A stretch of 64,000 nucleotides of DNA from Octopus vulgaris (Eukaryota), in assembly GCA_951406725.2 (NCBI GenBank), contig OX597814.1, positions 84,692,001 through 84,756,000 on the forward strand, given 5' to 3'. Shown in pieces: positions 25,540 through 39,066 of the stretch. Within the stretch, counting starts at the first letter, position 1, and each line of letters begins with the position of its first letter. The notes beneath the pieces were generated by a model. The model was not told the origin of the DNA. It did no database searches and saw nothing but the letters and a program-made list of their open reading frames with translations. A program made the translations under genes and the position numbers.

Positions 25540-25698
25540 GATTGCTTGGTCCATTTGATGGAGGAAGAAAGGACACTTGCTGAGAATTTGGTACTGTCTA
25601 AGTCCACCAACAAAATCAAGAAAACCAGTAAAAGACTGCCAACCACAAGGCTGTCTTTGGCACAACCGATAATGTTTATCAGGCAGTGGATTGGAGAG
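25540..25698 (+). CDS. Exon: DCLVHLMEEERTLAENLVLSKSTNKIKKTSKRLPTTRLSLAQPIMFIRQWIGE
   Basis: ttcttcag| acceptor, GAG|gtacag donor, 159 nt, phase 0-0. Confidence 0.85.
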
Positions 25699-25789
25699 GT
25701 ACAGGGGATTGATAGGGACAAAGTTGGATGGGGATAGTGGAATTCTTGTTTGGGTAATGGAACACAGTGTCAGTAATTTGTGTATGGTA

Positions 25790-26036
25790 TAATCATCACC
25801 ATCCTCATCTTCACATTTACACTTTCTTCTTGCATCATCAAAATCATCGTCATCATTGTCATAATCATTGTCATGGTCATCACTGTTATCATCATCATTG
25901 CCGTTGTTGTTGACGTCACTGTCATCATCATCATCATCATCATCATCATTGTTGTCATTGTCATCATTGTAATCATCTTCATCATCGTTGTTATTATTTT
26001 CATCATTGCCATCATCATCATCATCATCGTCATTGC

Positions 26037-26082
<46 letters not shown>

Positions 26083-26150
26083 TTCGTCATTGTCAGCATC
26101 ATTATCATCATCATCATCATCATCATCAATATTATCTTCAACTTCATCAT
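25790..26150. repeat. Degenerate (ATC)n tract
   Basis: Direct reading. Confidence 0.9.
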
Positions 26151-27120
26151 TAGGTAGCAAATTAGCAGAGCTGTTTGACAGTGACTTGACAGAGCATTTG
26201 TTCTGGCTTTCTGCTTTCTTTGAAGATCACCTTTACCTTTCATTCTTCTAGGAGTTGAAGAGATAAGATTCCAGTAAAAGATGGGGAAATAATGGAATTA
26301 TTAAGGGCATCACATATGATGTTGTGCATTTATTCCAGTCCTTTGTGTTGTGGATTCTTGGCTGGTAGATTTAACCTGTAACCAAATTTAACACCAACAC
26401 CTGCTCATTGGGTAGATTTAGTAGAGGTCACTCTGTTATATGCATTCAGTGTGCAGGATTCTATTTGAGGACAACTTCTTGACTGTCTTAAAAAGAAAAG
26501 TCTATATTGGATAATGTTGCTCTGAATTTACTGAGGAAAAAATAAGATGGTCATGACTGGAATGCCTTTGATCATAAGTCTGCTACATCAAAGTTTACCT
26601 AGGGTTAAACAATTACAACAAACATTGTTCCAGTAATGTTGTTCCAGTCTGGTGTTTAATGTTAATTTCTGAAAAATAATTTGGATGAGAGACAAAATCC
26701 TTCTGGATGTAACTCTTGTCCCTTGCAGACAATATTCTCCAGAAGTTCTGTCTAGATAAACTGGAATGTTTAGAATGTAATATACTGACCAGAGTTACAA
26801 GAAAAATACTTCACAGACACTTTTAATTTATTACTTAGGATGGGAAAGGCAGCACCCATAACCCTTTATTTGAGTCTCTGGGACTGGAGGTAAAGAGGAA
26901 AGAAGCTATTCTCAATCTAAAAACCTTGTTCAAATGTTTACAACAGATTGAACTCCACTAAAGGCCTAGAACTCCACCAAGGGCCTAGAACTCCACCGGG
27001 GACTAGACAGTACTGTTAAACTGCTGGGTGAAAGATAAATATTACTGCTTGGTATTAATACTGCTTCTGTCGTTAATTTTATTTTTTAAAAAACTCAGAA
27101 TGTTTTGAATGGTGCTTTAA

Positions 27121-27339
27121 CTCTTTAACATTTAGATAACTCTATCAAATGTAATACTTATTTATTAATATTGCCATAAATTAATCATGCATTATCTCAT
27201 AGCTTCAAGATTTTAATGATGCGATTGTTTATTTATCAAATAACATTATAAGGTAGTGTGAGAGGCTGGATCTCACTGGTTTGAATATGAAACAGGTAGA
27301 ATATTTGGGTTAGATATGGCTGATTTAAAAGCTAAAGGG
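27121..27339. mobile_element. piggyBac-like MITE (inverse copy 33274-33469)
   Basis: TTAA at 27117-27120 and 27340-27343; termini ctctttaacattt / aaaagctaaaggg. Confidence 0.7.
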
Positions 27340-28594
27340 TTAACGATTCTGTTGTTCTACTACTCTGGTCTGGTACATTATTATATTGAGTTCAAATGAA
27401 TGAAATGCTAATTTGATCTTGATGAAATTTGAACTCAGAGTACAGAGAGCTGGAACAAATACCAAAAGGTATTTTTCTCCTTTGCATTAATGATTTTAAT
27501 AGTTTCCTGAACCCACAATCCTTGAATTGGTCAATAAATTCTGTATTTATACAACAGCAGCCACAGACTGTACCTTACCATCTAAAAATGGGCACCCTAG
27601 ATAGTTTTGTATTTGGTCATGGATGGAACACCCTTGATTATATATCTAATGTGAAATTTAAAAAATTCAGTCAATGAGCACCAGTGACCTTTATCTTATT
27701 ACTTATTTATTTTTTAGTGTCTTTCAAACTGTGTCTCCTGCAGTCACAGTTCCTCTGAACTTATTAACCTAGTGGGCTTCACCTTAGCCCCTTTACTTCT
27801 TCCACTCCTCCTCTCCCCCCTCCTTCTCATTCTATCATTATCCCTACTCCATCTAATTTCTCAGAACTTGTATTAAATATTTTAACCTAATATTTCCTGT
27901 CCAAGTCTACATTTCCCCAATGACTTCTTCCTCACCGTGGGCATCCCACTACCAACCATTAACCTTCAAAAATTCAAAATAACTAGCACCCAATTATATC
28001 TAATTATACCAAGCCTTGGGTAGCAACTAAAGACAAAAAAAAAAAGGTAAGGGGTTTACTTATTCTTAATTTAATAAAGTAATAAATTGATAAATTAGTA
28101 AAAGACTTCTCTCTGGTGAGAAATTTTGACTGAGGATAGTTACTGTTACCACCTACAGTTGCTTCTGGAGTAAGAGAGAGTGTGAGAGAGAGAGAGTCTA
28201 CTGAGAAATAGAAGAGAGGGCAAAGATTCCCTTTAAGTGGGGAGAACTGCTTCAAGGCTTATAAAATTTTTTTTTTCTTATTCTTATGAGTGATAGAGCA
28301 TATGAAGTAATATTTCCATATAATCCATATTTTTAGGCGTCTTAATAGTTGTAGATAGTGCCATTTCGGCCTTCTTATGGGTTCCTCAGTATTACATAAT
28401 TTGAGATCATAAAATTAATTGGTTTATATTCATTTAAAATCTTTAAGAATTACATATGATCAATTGTCTCTCTGTTTTCACTAGATAATAAAGTTGGTAA
28501 TTTTATTTCTGCAGTTCTTTGCACATTTTCCATACTAAGAAATAATTTCCTAAACCATAATCCCATATTTGCTAAATTTTTTACTCTATTTCAG

Positions 28595-28756
28595 GCCTTT
28601 GTTGGTAAACTGGACCTTGCTGCTATGTTATGGGTGTGGGATCAACTCTTCTTGCAATGCTGGCACCAGCAGGTTTTCCATGACATATGCATAGCATTGG
28701 TTGCTCTTTTGCGGGAACACTTCCTTGTAGCTTCAGACTACCTACAAATGAAACAG
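28595..28756 (+). CDS. Exon: AFVGKLDLAAMLWVWDQLFLQCWHQQVFHDICIALVALLREHFLVASDYLQMKQ
   Basis: tatttcag| acceptor, CAG|gtaaga donor, phase 0-0; TBC C-terminal 'WD-x-LF' motif. Confidence 0.92.
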
Positions 28757-30047
28757 GTAAGATTTTGAGCCTACAAAGAATGATGGTAATAGTAGAAGTG
28801 TTCAGGTCAGGTATGGGGGATATGTGTTATTGCAGCACATTGCTGTACCTCACCATTTGTTGGTATCTGCTTGGGTCTTGCTGGGCAGCCCTCTGAGCAG
28901 TGTCCCAGTCAGTGCCATCTTTGTGAGATACTTCCTCACCTGTCATGACCATGAAGCATGTGACCAAGTGACATGAGTCATCATCCCAGCCAGATTCTCA
29001 GGAAAGAGAACATAGCACACATGATCCAACTTGGAAAATAGAGCAATGTGACCAATCAGACTGTAGAATTATTGGTTTGTGATAATTATAGTTAATGTGT
29101 CAAGGACCCCCTTTGGTCATGAATGACCATGGGATTGCACCTAGAAAGTTCCCCTCTGAGGCACAAGTCAGAGCAATGTTGTTTGTGGAAGATCAGCAAT
29201 CACCCATGCATACCAGTCTCCCCTCTCCACACCACCGAAGTTATTCAAGGGAAAGATAAAGGCTGATACAACTTGGCACCAGTGACATTGCAACTCATTT
29301 CTACTGCTGAGTGAACTGGAGCAATGTGAAATAAAATGTCTTACTCAAGAACATAACATACACACCTTGGTTTGGGGAATAAACTCACAACCTCAGATTT
29401 GAAAGCCTGACACTCTAACCACTGAGCCATGCACCTTCACAGTAAATATGTTAGTTAGTGGTTATATTGCTGTATATAGTAGTTAGTGGTAATTATGATG
29501 GTAGGAAGAATTATGGAAGAAGAAGTTGGAATAAGACACATGAAGTGTCAAGATTAGATCTTAGAATGTTTCTTCGTTTCAGTGACAAGATGGCACAAGA
29601 TCAAAAATGGAGACACAATATTCTGTAGGGTAAACTCCATCCAATCCATGTCAGAATGGCCAAGCCTTTGAAGCATCTATGTAATTGATCAACCAGCTAG
29701 AAATAACAGCCAAATCTTCTTCACTTCACTTCACATTGTGCTACCTTATAAAAAAAGAACATTGGATAATGTGATCCTATGTAAACTATGTTAGTTCACA
29801 AAAAGATGGGATGGACATGGCTGAAAGGCCTTTGGCCATAATTCTCTTGAATCAAGATTGACCTGAGTCTAAGTAATATATAACAATAAACAATTCATTG
29901 TCAGAAAATGGACATTAAAATACTGAAGATTATGATGATGATAATGTAACTTTAAATAATTTTAACAAATAATTTTTGTTCTGACTAATGAGGTATATCC
30001 GTCACATTCTTAAAGATAATTTTCTAATCTTTTCTCTTCTGTTGTAG

Positions 30048-30166
30048 GTTTTTGTTTCACAGACCTTTCATCTTCTTACTCTTGATATCCAGCGGGCTTA
30101 CCTTGCAGTTATTAAAGGCAGCACCAGCTTGCATGATATTGCCAGCCTCAACAGATGTTCACCTCA
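30048..30166 (+). CDS. Exon: VFVSQTFHLLTLDIQRAYLAVIKGSTSLHDIASLNRCSP(Q)
   Basis: ttctgttgtag| acceptor; weak CA|gtaata donor gives phase 2, matching the next exon. Confidence 0.75.
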
Positions 30167-30788
30167 GTAATATAATCTCTGTCTGTCTGTCTGTCTCTCC
30201 CCTCCCCCCTCTCTTTCCCTCTCTCCCCTCTCTCCCTCTCTCTCCCTCTCTCTTTCCCACTCTCTCCCTCTCTCTCCCTCTCTCCCTCACCCATCTCTCT
30301 CCCTCTCTCCCTCACCCCTCTCTCTGGGATAGCAGTAGGACAATGATATGATAGCAATATGATAACAATAGAATAATGATAATATGATAGCAAAGAGATA
30401 ACCAACCAAGCAACCAGCCAGTCAAGTGCTTCTAGCCAATGAGGCAGCCTCTATGTGGTCACTCACCCTACTAGAAATAGGACACCATGTATCCCTCAAA
30501 TCACATAGCACTGTTTTCAAAAAAAAGCACACATTAGATAATGTCATCTTGGAGATAGAGGGAGTGGTCACTTGTGGAACACCTTTGATCATAAGTTTGA
30601 TCAAATAGGACTGACCTATGATGAAGCAGCAACAACAATAACTCTAAATACTCCTACTACAGCAATAAGCACTACTATGCATTTTCTGCTCAGAAAAATG
30701 AAACAAAGACAATATGCATACAATATGAAATGCATGTGTGTGTGTGTGTGTGTGCATGTGTGAGCATGTGTATGTGTGTGTGTGTATA

Positions 30789-30822
<34 letters not shown>

Positions 30823-31120
30823 ACCACTATGTGGATAACTCTAGTGCTAAAAATAGCCCCGATAGTAAAGCCACAGAAAATTTGTTCAGGGTCAATCTAT
30901 TTATTCGTTATATTTCACTTTCCTTCCGTTAAATGTATGTTACTTCTAGTTGGAAACATCTTTTTCTGTGGCTTTACTATCGTTATCATAGTGGTTAACT
31001 CTCTAATAATTTATGTATAAATTTGTATTTTCTCCGTAGTTTTTTGTGCTAAGCCACTCGGTGTTAAATTAATGGTATTAAATTAATATCAATTTTTCAC
31101 CCTCATTTATATATATATAT

Positions 31121-31189
<69 letters not shown>

Positions 31190-32250
31190 AGTATGCAGTA
31201 TTATAGATCCATTATAGCTGATCTTACCAATCAGTTTCACTCACAATATTAGGTAATCAGTTTATCTAATACCTGTGTTTATCCGAGACAGCCAGTATCA
31301 GAAAAGTGGTGACTGCTCTCTGTTGCTGGAGGTGAGGAAATGTTACATCCGGTTTGTAAGTGCTGCGATAAAGATGAACCGATGTTGCAGGAGACAATCA
31401 AGAGAAGGATCCATCATCATCATCATTTAGCATCTGTTATCCATGCTGGCATGGGTTAGATGTTTGACTAAACTAGTAAGCTGGAGAGCTGCACCAGACT
31501 ACGTCTGTTTTAGCTTGGTTTCTATGGCTGGATGTCCTTCCTAACACCAACCACACCACAGAGTGTACCTGGTGTCTTTTATGTGTCACTGGCCTTTTAC
31601 ATTATATTCCTTGCCTCCCAATAAACTTTGAGTGAGTTGTGGTAGTCAGCAAAAGTGGGGTGGGATTGATGCCTGTGTAGGGGTGAAAATATAGATATTA
31701 TCATGCATGTCAGAAATAAACCTTGCTCTTCAATAAGGGATCAGTCTGGGTCAAATGCATTGACCCAGAAGGCTCCTTTGATGTAGCTATGGGTGTCTTC
31801 AACAATGCTGATATGTGTGACCTTATTGGCTTTTTCATCCTGGATTTACTTTAGAAGAAATTCCCCTCAACTAGTTTTGGCCTCTACAGAGAGACAATAA
31901 TTTGGCAATATTGATGAGGGTGAAGGGCCATGCCCTTGATAGGATTAGGAAAGACCTTAATCCTCACCCTGAATTCTTTTGGCCTCAAGGAGACAATAAC
32001 AACTAACCTGAAGATAGTTGATTTCTATGACTTGGAGTCTGATGCCTGTAGACCCTGTAGGAAGCCTATGTAAGGCTGACATACATCAAAAAGCTTCGAG
32101 CCATAATGTTCAGGAATCTCATATTGTGTAGTTGGTAGCATGGTCAACGGTAAGCAACAGACAAGTAGTTCAAACTCTGTTAATGATTCCCTTTCTCTTT
32201 TCTCTCTCCAATTGTTTTTTTTTATAATGTCAATACGATTTTCTTTTCAG

Positions 32251-32491
32251 AGGTGTCTCAGGAGGTGACATAGCAGCAACTGCTGGTATAATGAGTGAAC
32301 AGTCTTCTAAATCCATCACTGACTTGACCAAGAAGACACATAAATTGGACATAAAACCTACCACTGAACTTTCCAATCTATTTATTGATTTCAGTAAACT
32401 GTCCAATAAGGGGTTATCACTTCAAATCTCTGATGTTTGTTTCAAATTGGACTTCCAACAATCTGTATTGCAGAAAGGAACAGATAAAAAT
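32251..32491 (+). CDS. Exon: GVSGGDIAATAGIMSEQSSKSITDLTKK...SLQISDVCFKLDFQQS(VLQKGTDKN)
   Basis: ttcttttcag| acceptor, phase 2; donor is either 32464 (gtattg) or 32491 (gtaatt), both phase 0. Confidence 0.7.
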
Positions 32492-33546
32492 GTAATTCAT
32501 ATATATATATATTCTTCAATGAGATTTACATACATCACATAAGCATGAACATGCATGCATACACACAGATACATCTATTGTATATTCATATATATAATAA
32601 ATACATAGAAATGCATGCACACTTACTTACGAACATATATGTACACATACATTGAATATATACATATACATATGCACATACATAAACACATACTTGCACT
32701 CACACAAAATGTATATGTGCAAACACACATACACATACAAATGAATATATGCAAACACACACAAATACAAATGAGTACATACAAATACCAAACACATACA
32801 CATACAAATGAATACAAACATCACATATGCAAACGAATACATACAAATACATATGTCAATTTTACCAATTTGAGAGGGCCTATAATAGCCATGGATACAA
32901 CCCTTTCTTTTCTACCTTAAAAAAAAACACCCACACATGTATACATATTCAAATACACATACATACAAACACAGACATGCATGTATACTTATACAAAGAT
33001 CTTATACAAAAGATCTATACATACAGGGCTGGATAGATGGATAAGTTAACCCTTTTCCTGTAGAAATCTGATACATCCACTCAAAATTTCATTACCTTTA
33101 GCTGTGAAAAGCAGTTTTATATACCAATCAATTTTTGTTGAGGAATGTCATGCTTGAAATTATTTTTTGTTGAGATATGTCAAGTTTATTGCAGCAACAT
33201 GACAATCAGAAAATACCAGTTCTATTTTTTGATAGATATTTAGTATCATTACTGGAATAGCTATGAAATTTAATCTTTTAGCATTTAAACCAGCTATAAC
33301 CAGCCCAAAGTGGCCATAACTGGCCTCCTACACCTCCCCTACAATGTCATTCTAAAAATATAGAATCACATCATCGAAATCTCAAAGCAAAAAAATAATG
33401 TATGATTAATTCAACACAATGTGAATAAATAAGTATTACATTTGACAAAGTAATCTGAATACTAAAGGATTAATTTCAGGATTAAACAGGCTAGAGCCTA
33501 GAGCCTCAAAATAATTGTCTTATATTTTGGCATAAGGCCCACAGTT

Positions 33547-34016
33547 GGTGGAATTCTGGTTTAAGCACCCCATATAACCCCCTCATAACTTTTTAATTTT
33601 TTTAATTTTTAGAAAATGTTTGCAAATTTGTATTCTACACATGGAATTCATACGATTATGCCAAAAAAAAAAATTAATTTGTGTAATTTGAGAGATATTT
33701 AACTGTTATTCTTAGAACATCTGATGACTACCTGATACCTTCCTTGTTTCTTTGTCATTCTGACATATTGATGTTTTTCAATATCTTTCTCCCCATAAAC
33801 ATACAATGGTCCATTGCTGGGATTTAAGTCAAAAATTTCAGACTGTCTGTTTTTTAAACTCTGATTTTAAAGGAAAAATTTTGAAAAATTAAAAGAAATA
33901 TTTTTTCCAAAATCTTATAAATTCCCATGTGTGGAACACAAATTCACAAAAATTTTCTGAAAATTCAAAAAAAGTTATGATAGGTTATAATAAGGTGCTT
34001 AAACCAGAATTCCGCC
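33547..34016. mobile_element. MITE with GG termini and 8-bp TSD (Merlin-like), inserted into a family C SINE
   Basis: TIR ggtggaattctggtttaagcacc / ggtgcttaaaccagaattccgcc; flanks ccacagtt and ccacaatt. Confidence 0.72.
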
Positions 34017-34838
34017 CCACAATTTTGAGGGGAGAGGGCAAGTTGATTACATTTATCTCACTACTTGACTGGAACTTTATTCTATTAAGGATAGAACAAA
34101 AGATGAAAGCAAAGTTGTCCTTGGTAGAATTTAAACCCAAAATGTAAAGAACCAGAAAAAATGCAGCTCAGCATTTTGTCCAACATGCTAATGACTCTGC
34201 CAGCTCACAACCATTTAGAGCCTCAAAATAATACTTTCTAGTATAGATATAAAACCTGAAATTTTTATGGGGAGAGGGTAGTTGATAATATCAACCCCAA
34301 TGATCACTGGTACTTATTTTATCAACCCCGAATGCACGAAAGGTAAAGGTGACCTCAGCAGAATTTGAACTCAGAACAAAAAGCTGGAATGATGCTAAAT
34401 ATTTTGTCCAGCGTGCTATTGATTCTGCTTGCTCATTGCCTTAGGGAAAATTAATGAAAACTTGTTTCCTTTTCTTTTTGTGAGATCATCAACTGTTAGC
34501 TTTTAACAAGGAACTATCAAATTTTTATATAGTTTAGGGCCTCACCATGTCTCAAATCTATCATTGAGTATATATATATATGTGCACAGGCACATTTACC
34601 TTTTATCTTTTACTTGTTCCAGTCATTAGACTGTGGCTATGCTGGGGCACTGCTTTGAAGAGTTTTTAGTCAAATGAATCAACCCCAGCACTTATTTTTT
34701 TTAAAGTACTGGTATTTATTCTATCATTCTCTTTTGGCAAACTGCTAAGTTATGGGAACAAAACACACCAACACCAGTTGTCAAGTGGTGGATGGGGCAA
34801 TAAACATGGACACAAAGACACACACACACATACACATA

Positions 34839-35688
34839 CAGTGTGCGATGGGTAAATTGTTGCCATTTAAAATTTTTAATTTTGTGCATACATATTGTTC
34901 ATTTTTGATTTTGTTGACTACACAGTATCGTAGGGTTAGTTGGGCAGTGTCTGTGAGAAAAACAGCATCATGACACAATTCACTCTGCCAGAAATTTGCA
35001 AACAACATGCTGTGCTGCTTGGCATTCACACCAGAAGCTCCAATAAGAACATTTCAGTGTTTGCATGTCAATTTGAGGAGAGTGCAATCTGAGGACATAT
35101 ACCGAGAATGATAAAAATCAAACATCCAGTGATGGCGACGTCATGCCTCCATTCATCTTTCCACATGGCCTCAGACTCAACACGGAGGCCTACATCAAGT
35201 GCCTGGAGGAGGTAGTGCTGCCCTGGGTCAAGAAGGTGGCTGCTGGAAGACCTTATGTCTGGCAACAAGACTCTGCACCATGCCACGCAAACAGGAGAAC
35301 CCAGTCATGGCTGTCAGAAAATTTCTGTGACCACATCACCCCTAACATCTGGCCAACTAATTCCCCAGACTGTTACCCCCTCGAATTATTATGTGTTAGG
35401 CATAGTTGAGCGAGAGACCAACAAAACTCCTAACACCAAAGATGAACTGAAGGCAAGGATTATGGCAGCATTCATTTAAACAAGGAGACCATCAAGAAGA
35501 GTTGTAGGAGATTCCAAAGTCGTCTGGAGGGCTTGGTTAAAGCCAATGGCGATTTTATTGAATAAATATACTCTTTAGTATTTCAAGATATTTTTTTGTA
35601 ATTTTGGTAAATATATCTGTTAAAATGAGATGTCAGTACTATTTTCATTTTTGTGTAATTTAGATAACAGTTTATTCACCACACCCTG
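34839..35688 (+). mobile_element. maT/DD37D-like Tc1-mariner element, internally deleted
   Basis: TA-flanked cag.gtg termini; transposase remnant YVWQQDSAPCH...WPTNSPDC(N)PL. Confidence 0.85.
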
Positions 35689-35703
35689 TATGTATATATA
35701 TAC

Positions 35704-35773
<70 letters not shown>

Positions 35774-36240
35774 TCATCATCATCATCATTTAGCGTCCGC
35801 TTTCCATGCTAGCATGGGTTGGATGGTTCAACTGGGGTCTGTGAAGCTGGAAGGCTTCGTCAGGCCCAGTCAGATCTGGCAGTATTTCTACGGCTGGATG
35901 CCCTTCCTAACGCCAACCACTCCGTGAGTGTAGTGGGTGCTTTTTACGTGCCACCTGCACAGGTGCCAGACAGAGCTGGCAAACGGCCATGAACGGACGG
36001 TGCTTTTATATATATAGGGAGTGGTGAATGATATATATATGAGACATATTGGTATCCAGAACACCCAAAGTGTCAGGTAATGCTAAGTAACTGCTATGGA
36101 CAGACCATAGTTAAACTCTTGGTTCAATAGTGACACAAGTGAGGAGTCTAATGTAGGTCGTGTATTAGCATGCATATATAAGAGAGGATGAGATAACAAA
36201 GCCAAGGCTGTGAGGAGTTTTCAGGACATTTATAAGGAAA

Positions 36241-37230
36241 TAGTCTTACAGCTGTTTCTGGGATATTATGGATATCCCTTCATCAGAGATGGTGTGAGAA
36301 GGTTAAATTGAGGAAATATTTGAGTTCAAATTATTATGGAGAAGGAGGAGATAGGGAATAAAGATGAATAATTGAACTACCAAGAAGGTTTATGTGTAGC
36401 ATGGCTATCTATGTTTCCAATTAACTTCGGAACAGAAAACCAAATTGAAGGCTGGTTATTGTGGAGATCATTGCACTTTAATGATCATAGAACATATAAG
36501 TTTGCAAGCGATGTAAAGTAGAGCTACTGAAGTGTTTTGGGAGTAGATTACGGATAATGACTACAAAATATAGTTGTTTTACATGAAAGCGGAATTTCTT
36601 GTCAGAAACAGCCACATAAATGGTATAAGGAAATTGAAGGAAGATGTTGAAACTTTCCCTCTGTGAGTTTATTTTATTCAACAGCAAAGGGAGCTATTTT
36701 TTTTGGGGGGGGAAGTATGATTGGTATGTTCAAAAATGGCAATACAATACCTACTTGAAAAAGTAGAGTTAAAGGAATATATTTGCTATGTGCTTATAGC
36801 ATACAACTACTCTGAAATTGACTTCAGGAAACGAAAAATGAAGACATGAAGAGTTTGACTTCAGTTTATGAATACTGCTTTGAATTTTTAGCAGTTCACA
36901 GTGAAAAGATGTCGCGTTTGAAATATCATAATGGATGGGTAAATAAGCATCCTTAAAGCGAAACACTGCATTGATAGGTAAACAAAGGTATCAACAAATA
37001 GAAGAGAGGGAAGGGAACATTACCTTTCAAGTAACTCAGAATAGGTAACGGTAAGCTTGCCATTAGTATGGAGGTTAAGATTGTTTGGTATTGGATATTC
37101 ATCGTGTACAGTGTTCCTAGTCAATTTAATCACCATCGCAGGTGGACAGTCAAAATAAATAAATAGACAAAATCCTTTCACTTTTATGATATTCTCTAAC
37201 CAAGTAATAATACACAATTACAACATAAAT
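36241..37230 (-). mobile_element. Highly decayed Penelope-like element with 3' hammerhead motif
   Basis: Minus-strand remnants LNLHTNGKLTV..CSLP, SVFRFK, FPEVNFRVV; hammerhead-like motif at 36241-36292. Confidence 0.6.
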
Positions 37231-37799
37231 AAATGATAAATCAAAGAAATGTGAAAGCCACTAAAGAATATTCTCTAATGTCAATATATGGACATATAGA
37301 TTAGAAAAGTATAGAAGACCTTATATAAAAGAGTTATGTACATACAACAAATGAGAAAAAAACCCATGTAAAACCGTTTTTCCCAGTTTATCCATTTACG
37401 CGGGAGCTCTGGGCAAAATGTTATAGTGCATGACTATCCTTGGAACATAAGTAATGTGTATGTAAAGTTTGGTGAAAATCGTTGTGAATTGTGGAAATGT
37501 ATGTGTTTGTCAATATACACACACATACTGTGATTTATATATACTATATATATATACAATGGGCTTCTTTCAATGTCTGTCTACCAAATTTACTCACAAC
37601 GCTTTGGTTGGCCATAAGCTTTAATAGAAGACACTTGCCAAAAGTACCACACGGTGGAATTGAACCTGGAACAATGTGGCTGGGAAACAAACTTACTACA
37701 CAGCCACACATTTGCTTAAAAAAATCAATATAATCTGTGGAATCTTTGTGACTTGTAATATATTTAACACTGTTTATCCTTATTTTTTTTTTATAACAG

Positions 37800-38073
37800 T
37801 TGCCTTGGAGAGAATTACCTGAAACTAACGAGATTCTTATGAGTATCATACTGAAATTTGGCGATGAGTGCATCGAATTGAAGAAAGTTCAGTCCTCACA
37901 GATTTCATTTCAGACGACTCCAACCATAACAGGGAAACTGAATTATATAGCTAAAGTGTCCGATATGTTTAACTTTGCTGATATTTCTGTATCAAACTAC
38001 ATAGATAAGATGACATTGGGAGAATACTTTCATCTCATTGTTATGGTGGTGTATGTCCATAAGAATGTCATTT
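37800..38073 (+). CDS. Exon: LPWRELPETNEILMSIILKFGDEC...EYFHLIVMVVYVHKNVI (C2-like beta strands)
   Basis: T-tract-aacag| acceptor, T|gtaagt donor, phase 0-1. Confidence 0.82.
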
Positions 38074-39066
38074 GTAAGTAACTCCTGCTTGCTGTTATCT
38101 TTATTTTTATCAATATTTATGATTGAATTGTTTCAGTTGATTGAATTAAACACTCTGTAGTTAATCTTTTATCTTTTACCTGTGGCCATGCTGGGGCATT
38201 GCCTTGAAGAATTTTAGTTGAACAAATCAATCCCAGTACGTATTCTTTTATAAAGCCTGGTATTTATTTTATTGGACTCTTTTGCTGAACTGTTAAGTTA
38301 CAAAGTTACAGGGATATAAAAACACCAGCACTGATTGTCAAGTGGTGGTGGGGGACTAACACACACACACACACACACATGGCTTCTTTCAGTTTCTGTC
38401 CACCAAATCCACTCACAAGTCTTTGGTTGGTTTGAAGCTATAGTAGAAGACAATTGCCCAAGGTGCCATGCATTGGGATTGAACCTAGAACTATGTGATT
38501 GGGAAGCAAGCTTCTTATCACACAGCCACTCCCGCACCAATTATAATGAAAATTTTTTTGTGCGACAATTATTTTAAGCCTTACTGCAGAGAAGGAAAAA
38601 CTGAATAATGTAAATTTAGATGTTGACTATATCAGAATATGACAGTTAGATACAGCTGTTTGGATGCTGATGATTCGGCATAGCTGACTGGACATTCATC
38701 TAGTTTTGGTGACAGTATGTTTTGACAATTAAAGTAAACAAGAAATTTACGGATACAGATTGAGTAAGAAAAAGAAAGAGAAGGAGGAGAGAGAGAGACT
38801 GAGGAGGGGCAAGAGAGAGAGAGGAGGGGCAAGAGAGAGAGTGGAGGGGTAAGAGAGAAGAGGGTGAGAGAGAGGAGGGGTGAGAGAGAGAGAAGAGGAG
38901 TGAAAGAGAGGAGGGGTGAGGGAGAGAGAGAGAGAGAGAAAGTGGGAGAATGAGAACCATTAGAACATCTGATGGCAAATATGTCAGTGTTGAGTTGGTG
39001 GTTCTAAATAGGCAATGCCAAAATGTCTATGCTAAAACATCTCACACCTCACACTCCGACTATATA

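Noticed and set aside
25528-26251. Poly-Asp, poly-Met and poly-Ile ORFs
   Set aside because: (ATC)n microsatellite; only 25540-25698 (+) is a supported exon.
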